Assembly: GCA_038245785.1 (NCBI GenBank)
Contig: JBBRSB010000024.1
Location: forward strand, 1 to 64,000
Source: Gloeobacterales cyanobacterium
Lineage (GTDB): Bacteria; Cyanobacteriota; Cyanobacteriia; Gloeobacterales; PMM-0068
Direction of reading: 5' to 3'
Length of the DNA stretch: 64,000 nt
Shown: positions 31,286 to 42,610 of the stretch, piece by piece
Layout: every line of letters starts with the position of its first letter
Numbering within the stretch: the stretch's first letter is position 1
Translations under genes and position numbers: made by a program
Notes under the pieces: generated by a model
The model's database searches: none
What the model was told of the DNA's origin: nothing
Seen by the model: the letters and a program-made list of their open reading frames with translations, nothing else

Positions 31286-31444
31286 TTAGCTCGGCTCAAA
31301 CTCCTCTTTAGTCGCCCCGCAAACAGGACAAACCCACTCAGCGGGTAAAGCATCAAAGGGGGTTCCTGGCGGTATTCCTGATTCAGGATCTCCTGCCGCA
31401 GGATCATAGGTATAGCTGCAGACGCTGCATTTATGGACTTGCAT
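31286..31444 (-). CDS. rubredoxin
   Basis: [38 protein letters not shown]. Confidence 0.95.
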   Translation of the reverse strand: MQVHKCSVCSYTYDPAAGDPESGIPPGTPFDALPAEWVCPVCGATKEEFEPS

Positions 31445-31449
31445 ATTGT

Positions 31450-32271
31450 TTATCCCTTGACGCCACTGCCTGTATCGGTTGGAATGATGAATCGCTGGAG
31501 AAAAACAAAAAATACTAAAATCGGGAGGATAGATATGACCGAGCCTGCCGCCACCAAACGCCAATCTTCAGCAAACGCACTAGATAGATTGGCAACCCCT
31601 AAGGGTAGGGTGTAGAACTTAGGGTCATCCAAGATAATCAAAGGCCACAGGAAATCTCCCCACATTGCAATAAAAGTAAATACCGCTAAAGTTGTCAAGG
31701 CCGGACGGATCGAAGGCAACATTACGTGCCACCAGATGCCCAGACTAGAATAGCCATCTACCCGTGCCGCCTCTTCCAGTTCCTTCGGTACGCCTGCAAA
31801 AGCCTGGCGCAGCAGGAAAATACCAAAGGCCGAAACCATGTATGGAAAAATAATGCCCATATAGGTATTTTTCAGATTGAGCTGTACCGCCAAGATGTAG
31901 AGGGGAATCATCGTGATCTGAAAGGGGATCATGATTGTGCCGATGATCGACCAGAAGACTAAAGTTTTTCCTTTGAAGTCAAAGCGTGCCAGAGGGTAAG
32001 CCGCTAAGGAACAAAACAGCAGATTCAAAATAACCGTGATCCCAGAGACTAAGACACTATTGAATAGATAGCGGCCAAAGGGATTGTTATTCCATACTTT
32101 GCTGAAGTTGCTAAACGTGGGAGCGGCTGGAAGGAGCTGGGGCGGATAGAGAAAAATATTTTCTTGACTCGATTTGAAGGCCGTACTGACCAGCCAAAGT
32201 AAAGGGCCAATCATTAAGAGACCAATGATCAGTAAGAGGATGTATTGAAACGTATTTTTAGCGATGTTCAC
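31450..32271 (-). CDS. carbohydrate ABC transporter permease
   Basis: [13 protein letters not shown] motif; TM helices. Confidence 0.92.
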   Translation of the reverse strand: MNIAKNTFQYILLLIIGLLMIGPLLWLVSTAFKSSQENIFLYPPQLLPAAPTFSNFSKVWNNNPFGRYLFNSVLVSGITVILNLLFCSLAAYPLARFDFKGKTLVFWSIIGTIMIPFQITMIPLYILAVQLNLKNTYMGIIFPYMVSAFGIFLLRQAFAGVPKELEEAARVDGYSSLGIWWHVMLPSIRPALTTLAVFTFIAMWGDFLWPLIILDDPKFYTLPLGVANLSSAFAEDWRLVAAGSVISILPILVFFVFLQRFIIPTDTGSGVKG

Positions 32272-33152
32272 TAGAGGGCTCCTCCCGTTGGGTCAACAGA
32301 ACGGACGCTGAGCACCGAGAGTACAAAAACCACAAGAAATAAGACGACGCCAATAGCAGAGGCATAGCCCATTTCTAAGCTGGAAAATCCCTTTTCATAG
32401 AGATAGTAAACAATCGTTTTAGAACTATTAGCAGGTCCGCCTCGAGACATCACATAGACTTCTTCAAAGACTTTCATTGCTGCAATTGCAGAGATAACGG
32501 TTACTAAAGTAATGTAGGGCTTTAATAGGGGGATTGTGATATCTACATGCTTACGCCAACCGTCTGAGCCATCGATAGCCGCTGCTTCATAGAGGTCTTG
32601 GGGAATGGTCTGTAAACCAGCGAGATAAATTACCATGTAATATCCCAACCCTTTCCAAATGGTGACGGCAATGATCGCGAAAATAGCTGTGCTTGAATTG
32701 GTCAACCAGGGGATTTTTACAGAGCTGAAGATAGATATGAAATAGTTTAGTAAACCATTCTCCGCATAGATCCATTTCCAAGCGATCCCCGCTACTACGA
32801 CAGAGACAATGACGGGGACATAGTAGGCTGCTCGAAAAAATTGAATTCCTCTTAGCTTTTGATTGACCAAAATAGCAAGAAAAAGCGGCAAGATAACCAA
32901 GGAAGGAACTGCCACGACCATATAAATTAGGGTATTGAATAAGACTTTCCAAAAAAGTTGGTCTTTCCAAAGCTGCTCATAGTTTTTGAGTCCAATGAAA
33001 TTGGGAGAGCCGATAATGTCATAGTCTGTGAAACTTAAGTAGATTGCTTGCAGTACAGGCCAGAAAGAAGATACTGCCAAGATTAAGAGGGCAGGCAATA
33101 GAAAAACATAGGGAGTTAGGGTTCTATTGAGCTTCATGCCAGAGCGTTCCAC
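32271..33152 (-). CDS. carbohydrate ABC transporter permease
   Basis: LYEAAAIDG EAA motif. Confidence 0.92.
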   Translation of the reverse strand: MERSGMKLNRTLTPYVFLLPALLILAVSSFWPVLQAIYLSFTDYDIIGSPNFIGLKNYEQLWKDQLFWKVLFNTLIYMVVAVPSLVILPLFLAILVNQKLRGIQFFRAAYYVPVIVSVVVAGIAWKWIYAENGLLNYFISIFSSVKIPWLTNSSTAIFAIIAVTIWKGLGYYMVIYLAGLQTIPQDLYEAAAIDGSDGWRKHVDITIPLLKPYITLVTVISAIAAMKVFEEVYVMSRGGPANSSKTIVYYLYEKGFSSLEMGYASAIGVVLFLVVFVLSVLSVRSVDPTGGAL

Positions 33153-34405
33153 TGTTCTGCAGCACTGGCAATCGCCTGATCGGTTGTCTTTTCTCCGAGC
33201 ATCGCCTGTTGCAGTTCGTCATAGATGAATTTCTGCAACTTATCTACATTTTTGACAGGGGGAACTAAAACTTCTGCTTGTGCCAATTGGGAAGCGCTAA
33301 TTATCCGTGCTTTCGCTTCTACATCAGAGGATAAACTTTGGGCCGCGAAATAGGGGTCTTTGGCCGCTTGAACGGCAGAAGGCAGTTGATTAGCCACCTT
33401 GGAAAAACTCAGCTGGTTCATTGCGTTGGTAAGGAATAGAGCGAATTTGACAGCATTGTCCAGGTTCTTAGAACTGCTAGGAACCACCACATTCATGGCA
33501 CTAGCACTCTTCTTGCCGTTAGGGCCGACAATTTGGGTAGAAACATCCGATATCTTGGCAATATCAGGAGCGTTTAACTTGATTGCCTGCATAAATTCGG
33601 GACCCGTGAGCAGCATCGCCAGCTCCCCTGCCTGATAGAGTTCTACCGCTTTACGATGGCCTTCGGTCAAAATTTCGCGGGGAATGACCTTCTTTTTAAA
33701 TAAATTTACCCAATAGTCAAAGGCGGCCTTTCCCGCTGGATCGTTAAAAGCGGCTTTGCCGTCTGCGGTCAACAGAGGCATGCCCATTTGCACCATCGAT
33801 TCTAAAACCAGCCCTCCATCCATCGTCAAAAGAAACGCATATTTTCCTGTTTTTGCCTTCAATTGTTCTGAAACAGTCGCCAACTCTTGATAGGTTTTAG
33901 GCGCTTGCCTAATGCCTGCTTTCTCAAAAAGTTTGCGGTTGTAGACCGTTATATTCGTCCCTACGTACCAGGGCAGCCCAAAAATCTTATCCCCCAGCTG
34001 ATTGGATTTCCAAATATTGGGAAAATAAAGTGCTTGTTGCTCTTTGGAGAGTGTCTTCTGCATGTCCACAAGGGCATTTTTTTCGGCCAGCTTCGTGGCA
34101 AACTGTGGGTTCAAATTGACTACATCAGGAGCGGTCCCGGCAGAGACAGAAGTCAGGATTTTATTTTCCATATCTGCCCAGGGGACATCCACCCATTCCA
34201 CGGCAACTTGAGGATTCTGCTTGCTAAAATCTTTAACCAGACCGGCCATATAATCATCAAAGGTTGGCTTTAGCTGCATCGTCCAAAAGGTGATTTTGCT
34301 ACCACTGGTACCGGCTGTCCCGACGGATGGACTCTCCTGTTGGCCGCAGGCTGCGAGTAAAAACAGAGCGCCGGAGGAAGCAATAAGGGTTCTTCTGGAA
34401 AGCAT
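33134..34405 (-). CDS. sugar ABC transporter substrate-binding lipoprotein
   Basis: SRR...LAAC signal/lipobox; FWTMQL and APDVVNLNP. Confidence 0.9.
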   Translation of the reverse strand: MLSRRTLIASSGALFLLAACGQQESPSVGTAGTSGSKITFWTMQLKPTFDDYMAGLVKDFSKQNPQVAVEWVDVPWADMENKILTSVSAGTAPDVVNLNPQFATKLAEKNALVDMQKTLSKEQQALYFPNIWKSNQLGDKIFGLPWYVGTNITVYNRKLFEKAGIRQAPKTYQELATVSEQLKAKTGKYAFLLTMDGGLVLESMVQMGMPLLTADGKAAFNDPAGKAAFDYWVNLFKKKVIPREILTEGHRKAVELYQAGELAMLLTGPEFMQAIKLNAPDIAKISDVSTQIVGPNGKKSASAMNVVVPSSSKNLDNAVKFALFLTNAMNQLSFSKVANQLPSAVQAAKDPYFAAQSLSSDVEAKARIISASQLAQAEVLVPPVKNVDKLQKFIYDELQQAMLGEKTTDQAIASAAEQWNALA

Positions 34406-34505
34406 ATGAGATGGACCGTCCCTAGACTTTTCGGATGATTATAGAACCCTGCACGGACGGGCATGTTAAATTTCAACATAATAGACACACCTCCACCAAA
34501 GCCTC

Positions 34506-35648
34506 ATGGCCTCTGTTGACCTCCGCTCTGTATCCAAAGTTTTCGAACAAACCCAAGTCCTCCATGACATCAATCTGACAGTGGAAGACGGCGAATTTAT
34601 GGTTTTGGTTGGACCTTCTGGCTGTGGCAAAAGTACGCTGCTGCGCATCATTGCAGGCTTGGAAACCGTCACTAGTGGCGAAATCTGCTTGGAAAACATC
34701 TGTGTCAATCAGCTGCCGCCTAAAGCTCGTGATATCGCCATGGTTTTCCAAAGTTATGCCCTCTATCCCCATATGACGGTCTATGACAATCTCGCTTTTG
34801 GTCTGCGCCGTCAGCAACAGTATCAATTGGGCGAGAAAATTTTGGGTGGGCTGATCTCCAATCGGCGGGCCATTGACCAGCGGGTACAAGAGGTAGCGCT
34901 TACCCTCCAGCTGGAAAGTTTATTAACCCGTAAACCGAAAGAGCTCTCAGGTGGTCAAAAGCAGCGTGTTGCCCTCGGTCGAGCTATGGCTCGTAATCCC
35001 AAAGTTTTTTTGATGGATGAGCCCCTTTCCAACTTGGATGCCCAACTGCGGGGCGAAACCCGTAGCCAGATTGTCCAGCTCCAAAAGAAGCTGCAGGCAA
35101 CTACCGTTTATGTTACCCACGACCAGACCGAAGCGATGACCATGGGTAGCCGAATTGCGGTGCTCCGGGGAGGCAAGATTCAGCAGGTGGATACGCCCCT
35201 CAATCTCTATCGGCGACCGGCGAACCGCTTTGTGGCAGGATTTATCGGTTCTCCCTCGATGAACTTTTTTCCCGTGACGATGGACGAGGACGGGCTAATA
35301 CAAAGCTCTTGTCTCTGGCACCCGATCGCTCTATCAGAGCATCAGCGGCATAACCTGACGCCTCGTCGTCCTTTAACGCTCGGTATCCGCCCAGAGCAGG
35401 TGCGTCCTGCATCCTTATCCGAAGCGCATATCCAGGCCGTGATCCAGGTTGTAGAAGCGCTGGGTTGTGAAACCAATGTCGTCATGGCCCTGCAGTCGAC
35501 GTCAGGGGGCCACGAGAGCCAACCGCTCCAAGCGAAAGTTGCCCCTGATGTGCACTTCACCGTGAACGAGACCTCAGGCTGGATGATAGACCCTGCCAGC
35601 ATGTATCTTTTTGATCAGGAATCCGGCGAGGTGTTGATGCATCCTTGA
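34506..35648 (+). CDS. sugar ABC transporter ATP-binding subunit (MalK/UgpC-like)
   Basis: GPSGCGKST, LSGGQKQR and DEPLSNLD motifs. Confidence 0.95.
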   Translation: MASVDLRSVSKVFEQTQVLHDINLTVEDGEFMVLVGPSGCGKSTLLRIIAGLETVTSGEICLENICVNQLPPKARDIAMVFQSYALYPHMTVYDNLAFGLRRQQQYQLGEKILGGLISNRRAIDQRVQEVALTLQLESLLTRKPKELSGGQKQRVALGRAMARNPKVFLMDEPLSNLDAQLRGETRSQIVQLQKKLQATTVYVTHDQTEAMTMGSRIAVLRGGKIQQVDTPLNLYRRPANRFVAGFIGSPSMNFFPVTMDEDGLIQSSCLWHPIALSEHQRHNLTPRRPLTLGIRPEQVRPASLSEAHIQAVIQVVEALGCETNVVMALQSTSGGHESQPLQAKVAPDVHFTVNETSGWMIDPASMYLFDQESGEVLMHP

Positions 35649-35756
35649 GCTTTCTTTTAAAAAGTGAAAACCTGTCCCCTTTTTGGTGTAGAACTGAATT
35701 TATCTAAACCAGAATGCCTTGCTAATGAATTTAAGGCCTGAGCGTATCCTAGCTTC

Positions 35757-36452
35757 ATGACGGATTTTTTCGACCCCTGGCAAGAACAACTCTCTCCCCT
35801 GATCCAGAGATTCAATCGAGAGGCACAGTCCGCAGGCAAAGGAATGGCCTGGGATTTTCCAGAAGAGGTGACCAGCTCGACTTTCTACCGAGAATTGGCT
35901 ACCGGAGCTTTGGAAAAGCGTCTGGGGGTTCCTTTTTGGGAACTGACTAAGCCCAAGAAAAATGATCGCTGTCTCGATGTGGCCTGTGGAGGCGATTTCT
36001 TTTTCTATCCCTGGACTGAATGGCAAGCCAATTTTTGGGGCCAAGACCTGAGTCCTGTCTTGGCAAAAGTGATCAATTCGCGTGCGCCTCAGCTCAATTC
36101 CAAGCTTTTCAAAGGGGTGCGGGTGGCTGGTGCCCATCGTATGGACTATGAAGAAAATTTCTTTGACCTGGTACTGGCTTTAGGTCTTAGCTTCTATATG
36201 CCCTTGGATTACTCTGCCCAGGTGCTAATTGAAATTCGCAGAGTAGTCAAGCCTGGTGCGCCTGTGTTGTTTGAGGTAGTAGAGCCCAATTCCCCTTGGA
36301 TCGATGCTTGGGGTCTCATGGAAATGGCCAAAGGTACAGAAGTCTACTTCACTGAACTGGAAGATTGGGAAACGACCTTCAAACAGGTCGGTAGCCAAAT
36401 TCAGACGTCCAAAGCTGGAGAACTTTTTCGCACCTATCACTTGACCTTTTAG
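35757..36452 (+). CDS. class I SAM-dependent methyltransferase
   Basis: CLDVACGG and RRVVKPG motifs. Confidence 0.85.
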   Translation: MTDFFDPWQEQLSPLIQRFNREAQSAGKGMAWDFPEEVTSSTFYRELATGALEKRLGVPFWELTKPKKNDRCLDVACGGDFFFYPWTEWQANFWGQDLSPVLAKVINSRAPQLNSKLFKGVRVAGAHRMDYEENFFDLVLALGLSFYMPLDYSAQVLIEIRRVVKPGAPVLFEVVEPNSPWIDAWGLMEMAKGTEVYFTELEDWETTFKQVGSQIQTSKAGELFRTYHLTF

Positions 36453-36466
36453 CTCGCTGGTCCTAA

Positions 36467-37609
36467 TTAGCAGCGGCGGTACTGCATTCCAGCCACCTGT
36501 TCAGCCCCTCCCTTCAGCTCTAAATTGACGAGGAGTGCAGAGAGAACCCCGGTATCCAAGCCTGATTTTTGGGCGATCTGGTCGAAGGGCTGAGGCTGCG
36601 TCGTCAAAAGTTCCCAAAGGGCCTGTTCCTCAGGGGCTAAATCGAGTGGCTCCGCGCCACTCTTGCTGTCTTTTCGACTACTCTCTCGGCCACCTGCTCC
36701 TAAATCTTTGAGCAGTTGTTCTAGGCCAAGAATCAAATGAGCGCCCCGGTCTATCAACTGCAGGCAGCCCAGGGAATGTTCCATATCCAAACTGCCCGGA
36801 AGCACATACACATCCCGACCATAATCTGCAGCTAGATAAGCGGTAATCAATGCGCCAGAACGTTCTGGTGCTTCCAAGACTAAGGTTGCTTTCGATAGTC
36901 CGGCGACGATCCGATTGCGATGGGGGAAGTAGCCCGGACTGGGTGCTGTTCCCGGTGGGTACTCGCTGAGAATGGTCCCGCCTCGATGGAGAATCGATTG
37001 GTACAGCCGTTGGTGTTGATAGGGATAGGCGATGTCCACCCCACAGCCCAAAACCGCTACGGTCCGACCCTGTGCTTCTAAGGTTGCGCGATGGGCGGTT
37101 CCATCAATCCCAGCCGCTAAGCCAGAAACCACGGTAAAGCCCAAGCGCCCCAGTTCAAAGCCCAATTTCTTAGCCCAGCGCTGCCCATATTCCGAAGCTC
37201 GACGAGTCCCAACAATAGCGACCGCTGGTTCCCAAGGACCTAATTTCCCTCGGTAGTAGAGCAACGGCGGGGGGTCTGCTATCTCCCAAAGTTGTCTGGG
37301 ATAGTCGGGGTCGGCAGGAGTCAGAAAAGTTCCGTATTTTGTTTCCCACTTTTCTAAGATGGACTCAGGTTCTATGGACGCTTTCTGGGAGCGTAGCCGC
37401 TCCACCAGGTTTATGCTAAACCCTGCGATTTCGAGCCACGTGCGTGGATCTGTCTCCCAGGCAATCTGCATTGCCCCCATATGCTCGTAAAGACGCTTCA
37501 GGCGGATTGGTCCCATCCCTTCTAAGCGTGACCAAGCCAGCCAATAGGCTCGTTCTGTTCTATCCTCTGCCACATGATTGCTAAATACGTCGGGGCAGTT
37601 ATAACCCAA
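36467..37609 (-). CDS. dprA: DNA-processing protein DprA
   Basis: AIVGTR, VSGLAAGIDG, FPHRNRIVAGLS and SGALITA motifs. Confidence 0.95.
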   Translation of the reverse strand: MGYNCPDVFSNHVAEDRTERAYWLAWSRLEGMGPIRLKRLYEHMGAMQIAWETDPRTWLEIAGFSINLVERLRSQKASIEPESILEKWETKYGTFLTPADPDYPRQLWEIADPPPLLYYRGKLGPWEPAVAIVGTRRASEYGQRWAKKLGFELGRLGFTVVSGLAAGIDGTAHRATLEAQGRTVAVLGCGVDIAYPYQHQRLYQSILHRGGTILSEYPPGTAPSPGYFPHRNRIVAGLSKATLVLEAPERSGALITAYLAADYGRDVYVLPGSLDMEHSLGCLQLIDRGAHLILGLEQLLKDLGAGGRESSRKDSKSGAEPLDLAPEEQALWELLTTQPQPFDQIAQKSGLDTGVLSALLVNLELKGGAEQVAGMQYRRC

Positions 37610-37627
37610 CGAAAAGTAAAACGGGCC

Positions 37628-38380
37628 TTACAAAACAGTACAAAGCACCACGGTTATGTTGTCTCGACCGCCGTGCTCATTTGCTTTGCGGACTAAGGTC
37701 TCTGTTGCTTGCTGATCATCGGGGCAGGCTGAAAGGGTTTGCGCTATTTCTTGTTCTGATACTTCTCGCGTAAGGCCATCACTACAGAGGAGATAGCGGT
37801 CTCCAGGGGTTAAAGGAATCTTTTGGACCAAATCTACTTCCAGGTCTGAGCGTCCCAAACATCGGCTGAGCACATGGCGGTAGGGATGTTGTTCTGCAGC
37901 CTCCGGGGAGAGACTCCCTTTAGCCACTAATTCCGCCACTAGGGTATGGTCTTTTGTCAAAGCGCCTAGTGTCCTTGCCTGTCCATTCCAGCGGTAGAGT
38001 CGAGAATCTCCCACATGGGTGTACCAGAGACAGGAACCTACGGCCCAGGCAATGACTAAAGTGGTTCCCATATCCCCGTGTTCTATATGCCTTTCAGCGT
38101 CTTCTAAAATATCTTCGTTCGCGATGCGTACGGCTTGTACGAGAGACTTCTCTATATCTAGAGCAGGAGAAGAGGGCCGCTTGCTCTCTAGAAATGAACG
38201 TACAGACTGAATGGCTAAGGAACTGGCGATTTCCCCAGCGGTGTGCCCTCCCATACCATCGGCCAAAATAAAAAGACCGCGATCTGCATAATAGGCGTCC
38301 TGGTTAATACCTCGTACGAGACCAATATTGGTCATCCCTGCCCAGGATAGAGAAAATATAGGAGAAGACCGCTCAGTCAT
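37628..38380 (-). CDS. PP2C-family Ser/Thr phosphatase
   Basis: ADGMGGH, HVGDSRLY, LCSDGL and GGRDNIT motifs. Confidence 0.93.
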   Translation of the reverse strand: MTERSSPIFSLSWAGMTNIGLVRGINQDAYYADRGLFILADGMGGHTAGEIASSLAIQSVRSFLESKRPSSPALDIEKSLVQAVRIANEDILEDAERHIEHGDMGTTLVIAWAVGSCLWYTHVGDSRLYRWNGQARTLGALTKDHTLVAELVAKGSLSPEAAEQHPYRHVLSRCLGRSDLEVDLVQKIPLTPGDRYLLCSDGLTREVSEQEIAQTLSACPDDQQATETLVRKANEHGGRDNITVVLCTVL

Positions 38381-38658
38381 ATCTAATATTGGTGCCTTTA
38401 CAGATGATTCCCTGTTTTATCTTGGTGCCAATATCTTTCTTCATACATCGCCTATTTTTAACTTTTCAAAGAAGCTACGAACCGCACTCTGAAATCTTTC
38501 TGATACCCAAAAAACTTAAACTTTTATCAAGATTTTAGGTGCTTTTGCTTAGTCTTGGCGGGGATCGCTATGCAGAGCATTGTGCCGAATGTATTATTAT
38601 GTATGGAGTTAATAAACAAAGCTTTACATAACTTAAAACAAGAAGGTAACATTTCTTT

Positions 38659-39390
38659 ATGCCGCGTATCTTAGTCATTGATGATGATCCTGCCATCCTA
38701 GAGCTGGTGGAGGTTAACCTCCAAATGGCGGGATACGACGTCACCACGGTTCAGGATGGGGTGAAGGGGCAGGCAATGGTTCTTCAGCTACTGCCCGACC
38801 TGGTCCTCTTGGATCTTATGTTGCCTCAAGTCGACGGTTTTACAGTTTGCCAGCGGTTACGCCGTAACGAGCGCACTTCTGACATTCCCATCTTGATGTT
38901 GACGGCTCTTACCCAAACGAAAGATAAGGTTGAAGGGTTTAACGCTGGGGCAGATGACTATCTAACCAAGCCTTTTGAACTGGATGAGCTTCTTGCTAGA
39001 GTGCGGGCGCTATTGCGACGTACCGACCGTATTCCTCAAGCCGCAAAGCACTCTGAAATCCTCTCTTTTGGTTCACTTACCTTGATTCCAGAGCGGTTTG
39101 AGGCCGTGTGGTTCAGCAAGGTGATCAAGCTTACGCATCTGGAATTTGAGCTTTTACATTGTCTTCTCCAGCGTCATGGTCAGACGGTTTCTCCCGGCGA
39201 AATCTTGAAAGAGGTTTGGGGGTACGATCCTGACGATGACATTGAGACCATTCGTGTTCATATTCGTCACCTGAGAACAAAGTTAGAGCCTGATGCTCGT
39301 CACCCTCAATTCATCAAGACTGTTTACGGCGCTGGCTATTGCCTAGAGCTGCCTTCAGTCCAGAGTCAAGAAATGAGTTCAGCTCAGTAA
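38659..39390 (+). CDS. rpaA: OmpR-family response regulator RpaA
   Basis: [16 protein letters not shown] and [26 protein letters not shown] match RpaA. Confidence 0.9.
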   Translation: MPRILVIDDDPAILELVEVNLQMAGYDVTTVQDGVKGQAMVLQLLPDLVLLDLMLPQVDGFTVCQRLRRNERTSDIPILMLTALTQTKDKVEGFNAGADDYLTKPFELDELLARVRALLRRTDRIPQAAKHSEILSFGSLTLIPERFEAVWFSKVIKLTHLEFELLHCLLQRHGQTVSPGEILKEVWGYDPDDDIETIRVHIRHLRTKLEPDARHPQFIKTVYGAGYCLELPSVQSQEMSSAQ

Positions 39391-39478
39391 TTTTGAAAAC
39401 GGGATCGCTTGCTGGATGAGGGCTTTAACCTTTTCTTCCGCACGCAAACCACCATTGTTGTGTTAGTAGTTACCTTAG

Positions 39479-40507
39479 ATGTCTTTCGAGCAGAACATTC
39501 TAGATGCTCTCCCCTGGGGTTTGGTCTATACAGATCAGGGTGGCTCCGTGGTGTTTTGGAACAAAACGATGGGTGACCTAACCGGAATCAGTGATAAGCA
39601 AGCCAAAGGCAAGCTGATATACCACTGGATTCCTGAATTGAAGGATGTAGCTAGTAATGCCAGCGTGCCCTTCTCGCGCGAAGGGTTTTGGCAAAGTTTC
39701 CTAGTCAACTATCAGGACCATGCAGAGGGCACGCTCTGGACTTTTGCTCCAGAAGACCAACTGGATCGGGTGCAGTCGGATTTTGTTTCTACGGTTAGTC
39801 ACGAGTTGCGCACGCCTCTGACGAGTATTAAAGGCTTTGTCGACACCCTGTTGCGCTCTCGAGGACAATTGCCTGAGCAGCAGCAGATTCGGTTTTTGCG
39901 GATCATTAAAAACCAAGCAGACCGCTTGACCCGTTTGGTAGAAGATATCCTGATCGTTTCCAAGATTCAGTCTGGACAGTTGAGAAATGCGCCCCAGCGG
40001 TTAGACCTATCAGATGTAATCGAACGCGTTTTAGAAAACCTGTCCCAAAAAATGGCCCACCATCAATTAGACCTTGGCCTAAGCGAAGGTTTGCCAGCAG
40101 TATGGGCTGACCAAGACCGTTTGGAGCAAATATTGACTAACCTCGTAGACAATGCCCTCAAGTATTCTCCAAAAAATACAGTGGTTGCTCTAAAAGCCTG
40201 GACGGACCCCCAGATCCCAGGCAAGCTCTCGATTTCTGTAATTGACCAAGGGATTGGTATCCCAGAAGCTTTCCTTGAACAGATCTTTAATCGTTTCAAT
40301 CGTTTAGACACTCCTTTGACCCGAGAACGAGAGGGTACGGGACTAGGGCTTTACATTACAAAGTCATTGGTAGAGAGTCTAGGAGGGCAAATTGAAGTGG
40401 AGAGTAGAGAAGGCTTAGGCTCTACCTTTACTGTTTGTTTGCCGACTGCTCCGGATATCCTGCCTGGACCTATCGTCCAATCGGAGGTCGGAGAGGTCCA
40501 TGCGTGA
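39479..40507 (+). CDS. PAS-domain histidine kinase
   Basis: VSHELRTPL, NLVDNALKYS and GTGLGL motifs. Confidence 0.92.
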   Translation: MSFEQNILDALPWGLVYTDQGGSVVFWNKTMGDLTGISDKQAKGKLIYHWIPELKDVASNASVPFSREGFWQSFLVNYQDHAEGTLWTFAPEDQLDRVQSDFVSTVSHELRTPLTSIKGFVDTLLRSRGQLPEQQQIRFLRIIKNQADRLTRLVEDILIVSKIQSGQLRNAPQRLDLSDVIERVLENLSQKMAHHQLDLGLSEGLPAVWADQDRLEQILTNLVDNALKYSPKNTVVALKAWTDPQIPGKLSISVIDQGIGIPEAFLEQIFNRFNRLDTPLTREREGTGLGLYITKSLVESLGGQIEVESREGLGSTFTVCLPTAPDILPGPIVQSEVGEVHA

Positions 40508-41492
40508 GCGCGAAGAATCTATCCGCAGTCCTATCGACCCAGATGTATTAGAGCTGGAGTTGGGGGAATATCTTAAGGACCGCCAGGACCGAGCCTTGAT
40601 TTACTGTGACCTGCGCAATTTCAGGCTCTATAACCAGCTATATGGAAAAACGCTTGGAGACCGAATGCTCTCTACGCTTTCCCAGTTGTTGTCTCGGTCC
40701 TTGCAGACTGATGAGTCTTACTACCGCATTGGGGGCGATGAGTTCCTGATGATCGTCCGTAGTCCTCGGGCAGAGTCTCTGGCCCAAGGGCTCTGTCAGC
40801 AGTGGCAAACGCTAGGTCCTCAGTTTTATAACGAGCGAGACCAGCACCGACGTTTTTTATTGGGAACTGACCGCCGGGGTATCGGGCGGCGTTGCCCTTT
40901 AGTCGAACTTAATATCGGGGTAGTGCATGCGGCTCCCTATCGAGGCAAAGGCCTGTCGGAAGTTTTTTCCGCAGCGGTAGAGACTAACCTTGCCGCTCGT
41001 AGCCAACCAGGAACTACCTATGTCGTCAATAGAGAAGCCATTCCCCCGCACACGGGGACTGCCAGCGCTCCTTCTGTGCTCGTAGTCGAGCCGGATGCGG
41101 CCTTGGCCTATCTACTCCAAACGGCTTTAGAAATTAATGGCTATCAGGTATGGGTCACCAGTTCTGGGCAAGAAGCCTTCAAATTAGCGTTAACCCATGA
41201 ACCGAAGGTCATCATCCTGGACCTCTACACTTCAGATTTACCAGTAGGACCCTACCTCTGTACAGAATTGCGACGTCAACCGGAGCTAGCCCAAGCTTTG
41301 CTAATTGTCGTTGCGACCAATGCAGACCGCGAGGAATCTCTATCCGCTGGAGCCGATCTGTTTATTCCTAAACCCTTTGAGCTGAGCGATCTTTTGCAGT
41401 GGGTAGACCGCTTGGTTGAAGAGAATGCCAAAGTGGTGGATCTTCCTGGCCTGCTGGAGTCTTTTAATGACTTCCAGACACCACCCCATTAG
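40500..41492 (+). CDS. GGDEF domain + C-terminal receiver domain protein
   Basis: DLRNFRLYNQLYG..GD and RIGGDEF; C-terminal IILDL...KPF. Confidence 0.85.
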   Translation: MREREESIRSPIDPDVLELELGEYLKDRQDRALIYCDLRNFRLYNQLYGKTLGDRMLSTLSQLLSRSLQTDESYYRIGGDEFLMIVRSPRAESLAQGLCQQWQTLGPQFYNERDQHRRFLLGTDRRGIGRRCPLVELNIGVVHAAPYRGKGLSEVFSAAVETNLAARSQPGTTYVVNREAIPPHTGTASAPSVLVVEPDAALAYLLQTALEINGYQVWVTSSGQEAFKLALTHEPKVIILDLYTSDLPVGPYLCTELRRQPELAQALLIVVATNADREESLSAGADLFIPKPFELSDLLQWVDRLVEENAKVVDLPGLLESFNDFQTPPH

Positions 41493-41746
41493 GTTTTTGA
41501 TATCAATCGACCAAGTACACCTATTGGGTGTCTCAATGATCACCGCAAAATGCCTAATCCTGACTCTAGCAGACCACTTTTCAATTATTGCCATTACCTG
41601 GAAATGAAGCAGCCGAACATCTAAGTTGAGCATGTCATTTGCACTAGTAGCATGACCCTCAGTTCCGTGTGCAAGTGCTAGTTAAATATGAGAACCGATC
41701 GTGTTGCATCTCTTCTTTGAATAGTCTGAAAGCCCATCTGATAAGT

Positions 41747-42610
41747 CTATCTCTTTAACGAAATTCCGTTGATGGCGAGTGTGATTGGAGATGGCTGCTC
41801 GTTATTCAGTCTCACGAGAGACATGTTAATACTGAAGCTTTTGGCTTTTGATGATGCTGTTATCCCGGTACAATTATAAAGGCTAATAGTTACTTTTTGT
41901 TTAGATTGTAATCTCGTATAAGATGAGGGGTTTGAGTCACTTCTATACACATTAGTTAAACCCGAAAAGTTACACCCACTCGTTTCACCCGAATCAGAGA
42001 TCACAACAGAGTTTGTGCTGTCATGGGCGATCAGCAAATCTTGAGAAGTCTTGTTCTCGATGACAAGACCTGCCTGAAGTCCACCCCATTGATTAAAAGA
42101 AGTGCCCAGTATATTTGCCTTAATAATATTATCTTCATATGTTAGTAAGCTGGGCTGAGGGTTAGTTTGTTTTATTGGAGAAGTAGTAGGGGATGGGGTA
42201 GGAGCTACAACCGGAGGAAGTGCTGGTAGAGAGCTAACTTCAGATTGACCTGATTTAGTAAATCGTATAATTCTAACTGTGTTCTGATCGTTTGCTAAAT
42301 TAATATTGAAGTCTTGGGCTGGGTAACCCGAGATACTTAAATTGACACGAACATCCCCTCTATTAAAAATCTTTACCTTAGCATAACCGTTGCTATCAGT
42401 ATACTGAGTTTCAGGTGCTCCCTTCGCAAAAACTTGTACCTTTACTCCTGCGAGAGCTTCCCTTGCTTCTGTTTGTGTCACAAGTTCAACTTCTTTTTGT
42501 GATGCAGCACACGTATCTGCAAGCAAACCTATACTACATCTAATTTCTGGGAAAAAGATGGTGGCAATGACTCCCGCTAGTGCAAAAATGATGCCTAGAA
42601 TAGCAATCAA
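41747..42610 (-). CDS. hypothetical membrane-anchored or secreted protein (AT-rich gene)
   Basis: N-terminal TM, beta-rich domain (YTDSNGYA), Pro/Thr linker; start uncertain. Confidence 0.7.
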   Translation of the reverse strand: MIAILGIIFALAGVIATIFFPEIRCSIGLLADTCAASQKEVELVTQTEAREALAGVKVQVFAKGAPETQYTDSNGYAKVKIFNRGDVRVNLSISGYPAQDFNINLANDQNTVRIIRFTKSGQSEVSSLPALPPVVAPTPSPTTSPIKQTNPQPSLLTYEDNIIKANILGTSFNQWGGLQAGLVIENKTSQDLLIAHDSTNSVVISDSGETSGCNFSGLTNVYRSDSNPSSYTRLQSKQKVTISLYNCTGITASSKAKSFSINMSLVRLNNEQPSPITLAINGISLKR

